64,000 bases of DNA, from NCBI GenBank assembly GCA_002104905.1, contig MCFE01000364.1, positions 23,191-87,190 on the forward strand. Reading direction: 5' to 3'. Shown here piece after piece: positions 52,642 to 64,000 of this stretch. The position numbers and the translations under genes are program-made. The DNA is from Basidiobolus meristosporus CBS 931.73. Its lineage: Eukaryota; Fungi; Basidiobolomycota. The notes beneath the pieces are model-generated. The model saw nothing but the letters and a program-made list of their open reading frames with translations. It had not been told where the DNA came from and did no database searches. Position 1 is the first letter of the stretch, and each line of letters starts with the position of its first letter.

Positions 52642-54213
52642 ATCAGCCCACTCTTCATTATTGCACTTGATGGCTTCACGGATCTTCAATGTCTTTAGAT
52701 TTTTGGGCTTTGGTATAAGCACTACATTGTTCCCCTCCCACACACTGATAGGTTTTTCTGTGGGCTCTATCTTTGGGCACTGTTGTTGTTCTTTAAATAC
52801 TGTACAGTGTTACTCTGCTGTTACATAGGGAAATGGCTCAATTCTTGGATGTGACATTGAGCCAATTGAGTTCCTTCTTTGCAGCAAAGATACTGCTTTC
52901 TCTACCTGTTATATTGACTGCTCTACACATATTATCTACTTAACCTGTTTCTGAACTATTTCCTTATTTCTCTGAGCTATTGCATCTATTGTATCAGCAA
53001 CTGCACCCAATTGCTTTGTTTATACCTTGGTATGTGCTGATAACAAGCTTGCTTATATGAGTGGTGGTGATGTTATGATGGCCACTTGCTGGTCTTCAAC
53101 GGAATGCACTCTGTTTGCAACATTCTCATCTGGCTGAGTATAACAGTCAGCTTGTGGCTCCGCAGAGGTTCTCATTTGCCTACTCAACTGAGAGCCTGAG
53201 GTGTTTGTATAATTACCTTCCATGTGCACACTGTCAACAGGGCCTTTTTTGGATGTAGCCTTGCTTGTTGCACAGATTGTCAAAGCAAGCTGTTGTCCAA
53301 CCATTCTTCTGTTGCTGTCAGTGGTGGGGTTTGGTTGAGAACCAGACAACTTTGCATTATTTGTTGGCGGCATATATATGGAAGTGAGTCAAGCCAAAGG
53401 GGGTATAGTATTTTATATATGGGTGTATGTGGTGCCACAACTTTATTTATAAGGTTTATTATGGCGGGGCATCATTGAATTTTACATTCATATAGGTGCA
53501 ATGTCTCAAATACAACACTGTCTTAAGTTCACCTGAGTATGACCAAACAGTGATATAATAGCTTCATGTTGTTCAAAGTCAAACTGTTTACCCCATGGAC
53601 AAGACTACTTTGACTCAAGGCTGTAAGATAAGAGAAAAAAGACCTTGTGGCTATTGTGGCAAGCCTCTCAGCCATGAAGCATGCCAACAGCATGGGAAGT
53701 ATTACAAGGATCATGGCCAGTGTTTTGCTACCCAAGTCATATTTGACCATTCTTTGGTTACTACTGTATCAACAATATCTTGCTGGCCAGTTGATACTTC
53801 TGCATTGGCACCTGGGTGTCTTTGTCACCTTGCACTAACTGAGTCATGTGAGTTTGTGACGCCTTTAAGCTCACCCCACCCTTCTGAATATGGCACACAG
53901 AGTGAAAGCTCTGATAAATAAGGTTCACTGATGCATCTTGAGCCCATATCCGCAACAACAGTACCATATATAAGCCCAGTCAAATCCCTATATGCAATGA
54001 GACAACACTTGTTGAAACAAATGCTAAGGATACTTTATGGCACCAAATGAACCTGGTAATCCATCTACTGGTGAATGATGTAATGTTGTGGCTTGAGAAG
54101 TGGTGTGTCTTCACTAATATCAATAATGGGTGCTTGGAGGATTTATTACTACTTCTTGCCATAATCATACCAGGATACAACATACCATGTACATTGTAAA
54201 GGTAGACAACCAT

Positions 54214-55259
54214 TGTGGTGGTGTGTAGGTCCAAGGGAGAGATACGTCCAGCACTTCTCAAGTGTTTTGTGTGTGGGGTGTTCACTGGGTACAATAACCT
54301 CTGGCAAAAGCTTGCTAGGAATACTTGGGTTCTGTCTCTAATCTAATGTGAAGGGGAATAAAGCCGCAAGCTTGTCAAGGGAAAACTATTGAGCTACAAT
54401 CCCCAACTTAGTTGGCATCTTAACAAAAGTATGTGCTGGGTTCAGTGTCCTTTGAGATGACAATGTACTAAAGCTTCCAAAGTCAAAACAACTGTAAACT
54501 CCGCCAGCAGGGACTTGATAAGAATGCAGCTGTGGTCAATAGTTACAAAGACAGAAAAGTATCTTTGCCTGTACAAGAACAAGCTTGGGAAAGAATCAAA
54601 TATAATAAAAGGTACCTACTCTGAGTATTCCTCACAAGTAGTGCCTCCAAGGTCAGTTGGCTGTCAGCACAGTTTCCTGGGAGTGTCCTGTGGTCTGGGG
54701 TTGGAAGTTCAGGTAGCAGCAGGTAGCAGTGATCACACTAATTAACAAGCTGGTATATTGATAAAAGGGATGATGATTTATTGTTGAGGGATAGCCTTCC
54801 TTATATACTTTTCTCACTGGCTAAGTGAGTACTAATCATGGTATTCCAGAAGGTTCCAGATATCAATAAAAATTTTAATGACATCAGAATGACCTAAGAA
54901 TGTTCTAAGTAGGTTCCAGAAGGTTCTAAGAGGCACAGCACATCCAACAAATCAGGAATCAGTATTCTGAAACCTGTGTAACATAGGGATACCATGTATG
55001 GTATGGAAATGGTAGGGATGGTGACTACTGGCGCGGTACTTGCCTAATATAGAAGCACTTATTGCTAGTAATCTAACATAAAGTGGGGGTAACTTATGCA
55101 ATAAGGTAAGCAGGTGTGATAGTCAACCAGCTTATGGGATGGTACTGATTGGGTAAGACAAATAGGATGAGACTAAAATAAGTGTAGTAGAGATATAGGG
55201 AAGTAGAAATTAAGGGAATGAGCATATCTGACAGTGGGTGTCACTGTCACCCCACTACA
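54214..55259. mobile_element. 1046-bp solo-LTR-like insert, family E copy 1
   Basis: TGTGGTGG..CCCCACTACA termini and 4-bp TSD CCAT. Near-identical to 61678-62748. Interrupts the CACTA transposase. Confidence 0.9.
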
Positions 55260-57680
55260 CCATCATGCATCTGGCAACATAGGATCTAGAGACTCTCCTG
55301 ATTCTAGCATGTGTTAACAGTTGCATGGTATTCACATTCAAAAATGCTACCATTGCAACATGTCCAAATTGTCAGGAATCCACCACCATTGAGGGAAAAC
55401 ATTGCTCACACTCTGGATATATTCCGGTCATACCCCATCTGAGGAAGCTGATGCAGTCTGACAAATATTGCAAAGCTGTACAGTACCGGACTGAGTATCA
55501 ACCAAGTGCAAACAAATCCAATATACTCAATGGCAAACATTACAAACAGCTAAGAAGTAAGAGCTACTTTGAAGGTATGTATGACCATGCCTTTGCTTTA
55601 GCACTTGATGGATTTTCATTAAACAAGTACTCTACCAGCAAATCCTGCTGACCACTGATTCTCATCAATCCAAATCTGCCACCCATCTTATGGTATCAGA
55701 GCAATATTCTGATGGTAGTCTTACTGGTATATGGGCCTAAATCACCGTCCAACCTGGATATCTACCTGCATTCATTGCTGGATGAATTTTGTATGCTATC
55801 CTGCAGGATAGCAGTAAGTTGCCATCACATAAAAGCGCATATTATTATATGCATTGGAGATACCCCAGCCATCAGCAAGATAGCAGGTTTTTCTGGGCAC
55901 AATGGATGGTATTGCTGACAAATGTGTGAGATCCAGGGGATTTACTTCATAACTCACACACATTATTAATACCCAAACACCAGCACTAAGAGCATCATCT
56001 TTTCATGGAGAGAACCTTTAGAAGTCAGCATGCAATTGCAGCAAAGTTGGCAAGCTATAAGCCATTGGCCGGATTATAGAATCAATTGGAAACCAAAGAT
56101 ACTTAAGATTGTGGGTATCTGTTGTAGCAAAAGCTTTCCACTGGGAGCAATGCATCTGCTTTTCAACACTATCCCTATGCTGATGACCAAGTTGTACATG
56201 GGGCATTTCTAGCTAAATGAACTCTTCAAGATACTGGAGAAATTTGCAAGAATTGGCAAGCTATTACAGTGTATCTGCTACCCTAAGTACTTCTTAAAGG
56301 TTCCAATTAATATTCATGTACATATGCAACAATACAAATGTAAAGACTGGATGAACTGGATATGTATTTATTCAAGTGGTGTTCTGAAGCCATTCCTGCC
56401 AAGAGTATATTAGAGACATTGGGAGTCATATGTGGACATTGTAGGAATGTTTGTCCAGAAGCAGATCACCAATGCCAACTTGATGAATCTACAGCTGTTG
56501 TGTGAGGTGTTTGTGACAGGATTTGAGCTGCTATGATACAAAAATAAAGCTGAATGCATAGATCTCTGCCACTACTTTACCCATTCTCTCCTCCATCTTG
56601 CCTGGTATGCTGAGAAAATGGGACCTTACTTCACTTTTTAGGAGTTTCCAAATCAGCAGATGTGTGAGGAGATAGGAAGATGAGTCAAGTTGCAGGTACC
56701 ACTATATCCCAATCTCATCAAGAATATTACCTTCAAGCTCATTATGGATGTGATGAGTTGGTAAATGGAGGACAGCCAGGAAGAGTTGGAAAATACGGGC
56801 AACAGGTGTGCACATGGAGACACCTATGCCTATGGCATTAAGAAGCTAAGCAGGCCCAATGTATGAGTAATCAGTTAAGTAATGCAAAGTTGGCCTGGGT
56901 GCAACATGCTACTAATTTTTTTAGAAAATCTCTACCAAGGTATGCTGGATTTCTCTGGGTCACAAGTCAATATCCACACCATTCAGTGCAGATTTCACAT
57001 AAACAAGCGCCAGAGCTTGCCTAAAGGGGTGACCTGAATCCAGCAGGCAGAAGGAATATATTGGTCAAATGCCAAGAATCTACTTGCAGATACTTGGGAG
57101 GTACTTGTGCAAAAGTGGCATAAGTTTTCAAGATGTGTATGTAACCAGTAATATATGGTATATGACAACTTTGCAAATATCACACTAAAAGCTGTAGATT
57201 TGAGGCAATAGAGGTGCTTCAATAGCAGCAGGTGTGGGCTCATGAAGAGGTTAGTAAGAAGGAGGCAATAGTTTTGTTTGATGCAAACTTTATCTGAAAT
57301 ACCCACGGTAGCAGTTGGGTAAACAAATAAAGAGGGGTGACTCTACATTTATTCTTTTTACGTTCTTTACTATAAATGGCAGTAAATACAACAGAATGTT
57401 ATTACACTACCCTTATAATATTGTGTGGAGGGTTGATGATTGCAAGCTGCCAGCATTATGATAGACACATTGTGGGACCCTGTGAGCTGATCTTGATTGG
57501 ACCCATCTGCAGGACCAATTTACTTTTCATAGGGTACCTCTACACTACCATACTATCCCAACAGCATCAGGGTTACTTATCTATACAGCATTATAATCAG
57601 CAAAACACTGTGCATCAGAGTTATTTTTGAGCTATGAACCTTTATGTAAGTACTTATTAAGTGTGTTACTAGGTTTAATG

Positions 57681-59361
57681 TGTTGTAAGAGTCTTGGAGA
57701 TATTGGAAGTGATTGGGAGAACAAGTAGATAATGTGGTTTTCACTCTAATGATTTATTTAGTATAAACATAGTATTCATACTTTTACATGGTCTTGACAT
57801 TACAAACACATAGAATAGACCAAGAAAGATCCCAAGAGCATGTATGCAAGGCTTGGGGCTATTTGGCCAACTTTAAGAGACTTCATGTTCTGGGTACCTA
57901 TTATTTTGGTGAGAATATTTTATGTAAGTCCCAACAAGAAATTTGGTCAGTATTCCCTAAGATTGGAAGGTAATGATGTCAGTGACTAAGTTAGGTGAAT
58001 ATTTGGGTGAAATTACCAATTTTTTCCACACTACTACTCAGCTAAATACTCATGCTGACTAGTCCTAATTTTGACCTATGATATTCCAACTTGTCTCTAG
58101 CTAATGGTTTAGTAAATATGGCTGCAATCATTGGATCTGAAGGACAGTAGTCTAAGCTAGCCAAGTTACTCTCTATAGCTTCACATATGAAGTGATGTCT
58201 TAAATCTATGTGCATGGTTCTATAATGAAAAGCTTGATTTCTACCAAATTGTATACATCCTTAATTATTTTGAGATAAAGTAATAGTTATTTTTAACATC
58301 AGCCTAAATTTGCAAAGGCTTTCTGAGCCACATTGCTTTTTTTGTAGCTTTCTAGGCTGCCATATACTCTGCCTCTGTGGTTGAAAGTGCTAAGTTTGGT
58401 TGCCCTCTTGAATTCCATACAATTGCTCCTTTACAGTAAAGAAAGGTGTTTCCTGTGGTAGAGCTTCTGTCTTCAGAATTTCTTCCCTAATCAGTGTCAG
58501 AGTATCCCACAAGACCCTGTTCTGAGTCCTTATAGGTGTATCTTAAGCAGATATCAGCAGTTCTTTTTAGCTATCTAAAAATCCACTTAATGGCTGCAAT
58601 ATAGTCAGATCCATAGTTTTGATTGTGCTGGCTGACAACTCCCACTAAATACAAGATATCTGGAGGTGTTCCAAGCATGATATACATCAGGCTGCCAGTA
58701 TTAGGTTGATGAGTAAGGTCAGGGCTCTCAAATAGCACCAAGCACTCCTGATTTGATTGAGCTTTGATCAGGTAAAGGCTTGTCTCTACAGGGGTTGCTG
58801 CTAGTTTACAGTCTTCCATTTGATACTTCTTTAGTATATCTTGAATATACTTTGCTTGGCTTAGGGTGAGAGTGTAGGTACTTCTGTCTATGGAGAACTT
58901 TATCCCTAAGTAGTAACTGAAGTTTCCTAGATTGGACATCTTGAACTCTTTTGATAGGCTGGATTTAGTCTCTTCCAATGTTTTGAGGTCATTGGTGGCT
59001 ATAATAAGAGCGTCCACTTCTGGAGCTAATAGAGCCGGATTTGCTCTATCTGGCTTATAGTATGTACTATAGTCAGCATTACTCCTTTTGAAACTCAAAG
59101 ATTCCAAATAAGAATCTATTTTGCAATTCCAGCATCTTGGTGATTGTTTGAGTCCATATTGAGACTTTTAAGCTTGCAGACCAAATGGAGGTTATCTGGG
59201 CCAGTAAACCCATCAGGCTAGTTCATGTACATGTCCTCATCAATTCTCCATTCAAAAATGCAGCTTTTACATGCATTTGATGTGCAAAAGACTTATTTTT
59301 GGCTACAATAGCCAATATCAATCTGATAGAATTCAACTGGGCTACTAGTGAAAGGGTCTAT
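57681..59361 (-). mobile_element. Truncated Copia element (second family): putative 3' LTR ~57681-58030, RNase H and RT
   Basis: ORF 58571-59107 has FKRSNADYS..DALII..FKMSNLG..YYLGI..GSLMYIMLGTPPDI. STTEAEY and IFTKPLAR remnants. An LTR-end fragment recurs at ~47854-47929. Confidence 0.75.
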
Positions 59362-60104
59362 AGACTTGTTCCATCGTACCGTGCCAGGGCGTGCGGCGCA
59401 ATCCGCGGTTGCAAAGAATGATCGGGCGCAATATTATAGCTACCAGAAGGCAGGATTGTTCTTGGACGATTTCGCACTATGCGGGACGATCTCGCACACT
59501 ATGGCACAATCTGACACAATGAGGTTGGCGCGGATGATTGCGCCAACTCGTAATGCTTGCATCACGTGCGCAATTGGATACCGCTATAATGGCAGGTAAA
59601 ATCCGGTATTTGGATATGTTTCTTTAATGTAAATGGAAATAAATGTGTATCACACTATAAACTACACTGATACTTACCATTTTGTTTACCCTCACTCCAA
59701 TGGGATGGTATCTCAGTGGTTAATTGGTCCAAAAGTATCCTGAAGCTGGCAGCCCCCAATTGGCTCATTGACTACTGAAAAAGCTACCTGATTCGCCATC
59801 AAATATCCCATTTTGCCCATTGAGCAAGTAAATCCCTGATCCTAGTGATTGGGCAAGGTGTCATAGCTAGCACGCAAGCAATTGTGTAGGTGCAAAACAG
59901 ATCCAATAGCTGCACTGGTATTACAGATGATGTATATATATGCAGGGTGTTTATTTATAGGGGTTCTGTCTCAAATGTGAGACAACCTTGATATTACTTA
60001 TATCAAAAATTTGATGATCACTGAGTTGCGATGGCTCGATTTGGATCGCAAAAAAAAAGGGTTGTTGGGATCATTACAAATGTGAGCAATTCAAAGCGAT
60101 TGCA

Positions 60105-61346
60105 TCATCTTCTCCTGGGTTTTTTTCTCACAGGGATTACTACTGAAGCATTTGGTAGTGACTCACTTTGCACACCTATACTACTTCCTGGCTGACTATC
60201 ATCTTGGCTACTTGTGTATTTGTAGTCAGTATTTTGCCTCCTAGTTGATGAGTGCGATGCTGCAGCTTGGCCGTGCTGAATTGCTCCGACTGAACCAACT
60301 GAACCAACTGAACCGGCCTGTAGTGCCACGCGCTGATGCGTTCTTTTACTTGCCAAGGGCTCCGGTGGTTGAGGCACTTCATGTTGGTCATCATCAGTCA
60401 GTTCACCAGAAGTAACTCGCTGATGGTCAGGCGAAACGGCACGCGTAGGCGTGCCTTGACGCATTGAGATGGCCCTTGGCTGAGTTCAATGTGATGCCGC
60501 ATGTTGACGCGACTCGGTCTGCTCCAATGGACTTGTGTCTAAATGAGCAGTTTGGCAAGTTCTGGTAGTTTTGCTCTGAAGCACGCGCGTTGACTCAATG
60601 CGGGGCGTTCTGGTAAAGGGTGTTGGCGTGGTCTGGACTGACATGCGCCGGCGCGCTGTGGTTGCAAGAGATGGTAGGGAATCCAGCAAGGTGTGCTGCC
60701 GCAATCTGGACAATGTTGCTTGCGGTCTGTATTCTTCCTCCTGAAGCTCACCATCTGATTCCTCAAGGTATTCACTTACCCTCTGTCTGATACTTTGGAG
60801 CTGTTGCCTGGATGAGTCCTGTGTATATTGCTCTTGGAAGCCACTTAGCTCTACTAATATATCACGTAGTACATTAGTCATTTGAGGCAAAAACTCATTC
60901 AAAATCTCTTTGGTTCCCAAAGTTGAGGCACAAACGGACGCGTCCGGCCCGTACTGTGCAAATTGCGCGCGGAATCGTTCCCGCGTGGCTTCCTCGTCAA
61001 ATCCCCTCACTCTCAGCTCATTCTTGATTTCAATACTTGTCTTGTTATATATCTTTTTACATACATTGGCTGGCATCTTGATGTAGAACTCATGCCACAG
61101 CTTTCTACTCAAATTCTTCCATCTTTGTCAACTCTCTGAGGTATCTAGTTCTGCTAGATTAATCAGTAGTGCCCAAATATCTGTATGAAGGCTCATCATA
61201 GACACTTGGGCCATACTAAAATCATTTGGCGAGAACTCAAATAGATCCGACATCGACTTTTCCGGTCCGGACCGTGCTAGTGAGCTGGGGGATGGGTTTT
61301 GTCTGGGTTGTACTAAAGATGAGTTGAGGCTTGGTATGGGGACCAT
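60105..61346 (-). pseudogene. PHIS second protein (~413 codons; MADF/Myb-like and SAP-like motifs, low-complexity C-terminus), with two in-frame TGA
   Basis: Track ORFs 61128-61346, 60486-61112 and 60105-60464 are in one frame, broken only by TGA codons. Motifs IWALLINLAELDTSES*QRWKNLSRK and TSIEIKNELRVRGF. Confidence 0.7.
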
Positions 61347-61677
61347 AGCAACGGATTTGGATACTTATACAGCAGTATATTGGCATCAACCTGGTCTTAT
61401 ACAAAATATATATGAAAACTAAAGTGATTGTTGAATTTTCCATATATTATGCATGATGCATCTTGGATCGCATTGACACGGATCAGATCACATCAATCGC
61501 AGATTTCCTATTTGATTATAGACCTATGATTAAAGCATCAATAAAAGTACCAAGGCATTGTTTGCGGATGATTTTTGCAACATAATGATGGGATACATGG
61601 CAATTGATGGAGATTTAACCATAATGTGTTAAAAATCAGATAAATAACGCAGATTGCGCTGAATCAATTCAAACCGC

Positions 61678-62748
61678 TGTGGTGGTGTATAAGTCCAAGG
61701 GAGAGATACGTCCAACACTTCTCAAGTGTTTTGTGTGTGGGGTGTTCACTGGGTGCGATAACCTCTGGCAAAAGCTTGCTAGGAATACTTGGGTTCTGTC
61801 TCTAATCTAATGTGAAGGGGAATAAAGCCACAAGCTTGTCAAGGGAAAACTATTGAGCTACAATCCCCAACTTAGTTGGCGTCTTAACAAAAGTATGTGC
61901 TGGGTTCAGCGTCCTTTAAGATGACAATGTACTAAAGCTTCCAAAGTCAAAACAACTGTAAACTCCGCCAGCAGGGACTTGATAAGAATGCAGCTTTGGT
62001 CAATAGTTACAAAGACAGAAAAATATCTTTGCCTGTACAAGAACAAACTTGGGAAAGAATCAAATATAATAAAAGATACCTACTCTGAGTATTCCTCACA
62101 AGTAGTGCCTCCAAGGTCAGTTGGCTGTCAGCGCGGTTTCCTGGGAGTGTCCTGTGGTCTAGGGTTGGAAGTTCAGGTAGCAGCAGGTAGCAGTGATCAC
62201 ACTAATCAACAAGTCGGTATATTGATAAAAGGGATGATGATTTATTGTTGAGGGATAGCCTCCCTTATATACTTTTCTCACTGGCTAAGTGATTACTAAT
62301 CATGGTGTTCCAGAAGGTTCCGGAGTTCAATAGAAATCTTAATGACATCAGAATGACCTAAGAATGTTCTAAGTAGGTGCCGGAAGGTTCTAAGAGGCAC
62401 AGCACATCCAACCAATCAGGAATCAGTATTCTGAAACCTGTGTAACATGGGGATACCATATATGGTATGGAAATGGTAGGGATGGTGACACGGGTCGATC
62501 ATGTGTCACGGGTACTGGCGCGGGTACTTGCCTAATATAGAAGCACTTGTAACTAGTAATCTTACATAAAGTGAGGGGTAACTTATGCAATAAGGTAAGC
62601 AGGTGTGATAGTCAACCGGCTTATGGGATAGTACTGATTGGGTAAGACAAATGGGATAAAACTAAAATGAGTGTAGTAGGGATATAGGGAAGTAGAAAAT
62701 AAGGGAATGAGCACATCTGTCAGTGGGTGTCACTGTCACCCCACTACA
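61678..62748. mobile_element. 1071-bp solo-LTR-like insert, family E copy 2
   Basis: Same termini as 54214-55259 and 4-bp TSD CCGC. Sits in the 5' end of the PHIS transposase. Confidence 0.9.
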
Positions 62749-62752
62749 CCGC

Positions 62753-63666
62753 CTCCATACGATCATCCCATCAATTTTAATATGACTTACTCATCTGAAT
62801 GGTCTTTTCTCATCAATCCCATCACTACCACTGGATTTCCTTTTGACACACTGGAGGAGATCTATTCCAAGTACTGTGGACCATCAACCCCAATCTACTC
62901 AAGGAGATCCCTTTGTTAAGCTTCTCTGCTATTACAAGAACTATTGCCCTACAAGGTTTCATCCCACCATCCATGGCAACAGAAGTCCTAGAAGCTTTCA
63001 TTCCCAGCTGACAGCAATGGAGAACCACCTTGCAGAGGGTATGAATGACTTAGAGCAAGCTTGGAATACTAGGTTCAGAAGCTCCAATAGACTTCCATAT
63101 CCCAGATTGTTCAGCAACAGGTTCCATATCAGGAGTATCTTGGATACCTTCCCAGTGAGGATTAACAGACCTTCTAGACGGCAGAGGCACTTTTATTCTG
63201 CAAGTACAAGGCACACTGTGTGAAGTTTCAAGCACTGTCTGACATTGAGGGTAACATCATCTGGTTTAGTGGGCCATTTGCTGGAAGTAGGCATGACAAA
63301 GCACTCTGGGTAGAGAATCATCCTGAATTCAGTAGAGGGGAGAAATGTATGGCAGACTTGGCCTATATAGGAGAGGATTGTCAGAGATTAGGATGTATTA
63401 CAGCTTATAGGAAGCCAAGGAATGGTGTGCTTAGCAGGAAGCAGAAGCTCTAAAATGAGATATTTAATCATTTCAGAGTAAGGGTAGAGCACACATTTGG
63501 ATATCTGAAGAGATTCAGCATATTGGCAGGTAAATACAGAGGAAAGTCATATATAGAGAAAACAGCAGAAATAGGTAAAATAGTTAAGATACTTATCAAT
63601 GCACAGTATGTTCATACAAGAAGACATCCACTGAGAGAAATGTGTCTGGAGCATTATGAAGAGTAA
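62753..63666 (+). pseudogene. DDE_Tnp_4-like (IS5/Harbinger/ISL2-type) transposase, frameshifted
   Basis: Motifs ILDTFPVRINRP, FYS(G)KYKAHCVKFQALSDIEG, GSRHD, MADLAYIG and RVRVEHTFGYLKRFSIL. Frameshifts near 62905 and 63200; stop at 63451-63453. Confidence 0.9.
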
Positions 63667-63849
63667 ATAAAGCAAGGAAAGCACTATTCTGAGCAACATA
63701 AGTAAGATTGAGTAAAATTACCAGTAACTGTATCATACCACTGGCATCATGGTAGAAATTATAGTGCCAGATAGTGCCGTAGAGTGCCAGATCAATCCGG
63801 CACTATAAACTGGCTGGCACTATGTGGCACTATCCAACGGAACAAGTCT

Positions 63850-64000
63850 TATATACATATCCACATCAAGTTCTCTATTCAAATATGCGGTTTTACATTT
63901 GCTTGATGTGTAAAAACTTATATATGGCTGTAAAAGCAAATGTTAATCTAACGGAATTACAGTTGGCTACCAGTACAAAGGTCTCAGTATAGTTAAGTCC
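63850..64000 (-). pseudogene. Copia RT fragment
   Basis: The reverse complement reads GLNYTETF..VANCNSVRL..(frameshift)..NVKTAYLNRELDVDMYI. Confidence 0.7.

Larger units (their letters stand above)
51975..57560 (+). mobile_element. CACTA element Y (second ORF on minus, 51975-53373; transposase pseudogene on plus, ~53595-57300)
   Basis: N-terminal CGYCGKPLSHEACQQH motif. Transposase_21-like motifs AFALALDGF, YGPKSPSNLDIYLHSLLDE and IGDTPAISKIAGFSGHNGWYC. CACTA termini not located. Confidence 0.85.
59362..63849. mobile_element. PIF/Harbinger-superfamily (PHIS) DNA transposon with two divergent ORFs
   Basis: TIR AGACTTGTTCC at both ends, flanks TAT/TAT, DDE transposase on plus and second ORF on minus. 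Confidence 0.85.

Noticed and set aside
59348-59599. 83-aa ORF across the PHIS left terminus
   Set aside because: Starts outside the TIR and runs through the GC-rich subterminal repeats, so likely spurious.
1-64000. Possible prokaryotic, phage or giant-virus origin or an endogenous viral insert
   Set aside because: No operons, capsid, polymerase or housekeeping ORFs recognised. All identifiable coding remnants are eukaryotic TE proteins.

Overview
Eukaryotic (probably fungal; inferred from TE types and CpG-decay pattern) transposon graveyard. I found no recognisable host gene, rRNA, tRNA or CRISPR array. Nearly all 64 kb is nested mobile DNA. (1) Two copies of one Ty3/Gypsy family: 5798-12569 is young, with 387-bp LTRs and TSD GATAG; 39559-47835 is older. 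Both carry an extra, non-env-like ~390-codon ORF between pol and the 3' LTR. (2) Two LTR-bounded Ty1/Copia elements with TSDs (14454-19468, 30389-35042), a Copia solo LTR and further Copia relics. (3) Five TG..CA solo-LTR-like inserts with 4-bp TSDs (TATC twice; CCGT, CCAT, CCGC). (4) Several decayed CACTA/EnSpm elements with a divergent second ORF. (5) A PIF/Harbinger-superfamily (PHIS) element at 59362-63849 with a DDE transposase and a divergent MADF/SAP-like ORF, plus its MITEs, two of them ~730-bp foldback palindromes. (6) Older Gypsy relics. Everything is being eroded by C-to-T mutation at CpG, apparently biased to TCG/CGA. This creates CGA-to-TGA stops and repeatedly turns RT YxDD into YxDN. 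All alignments and counts were done by eye; no database searches were run.
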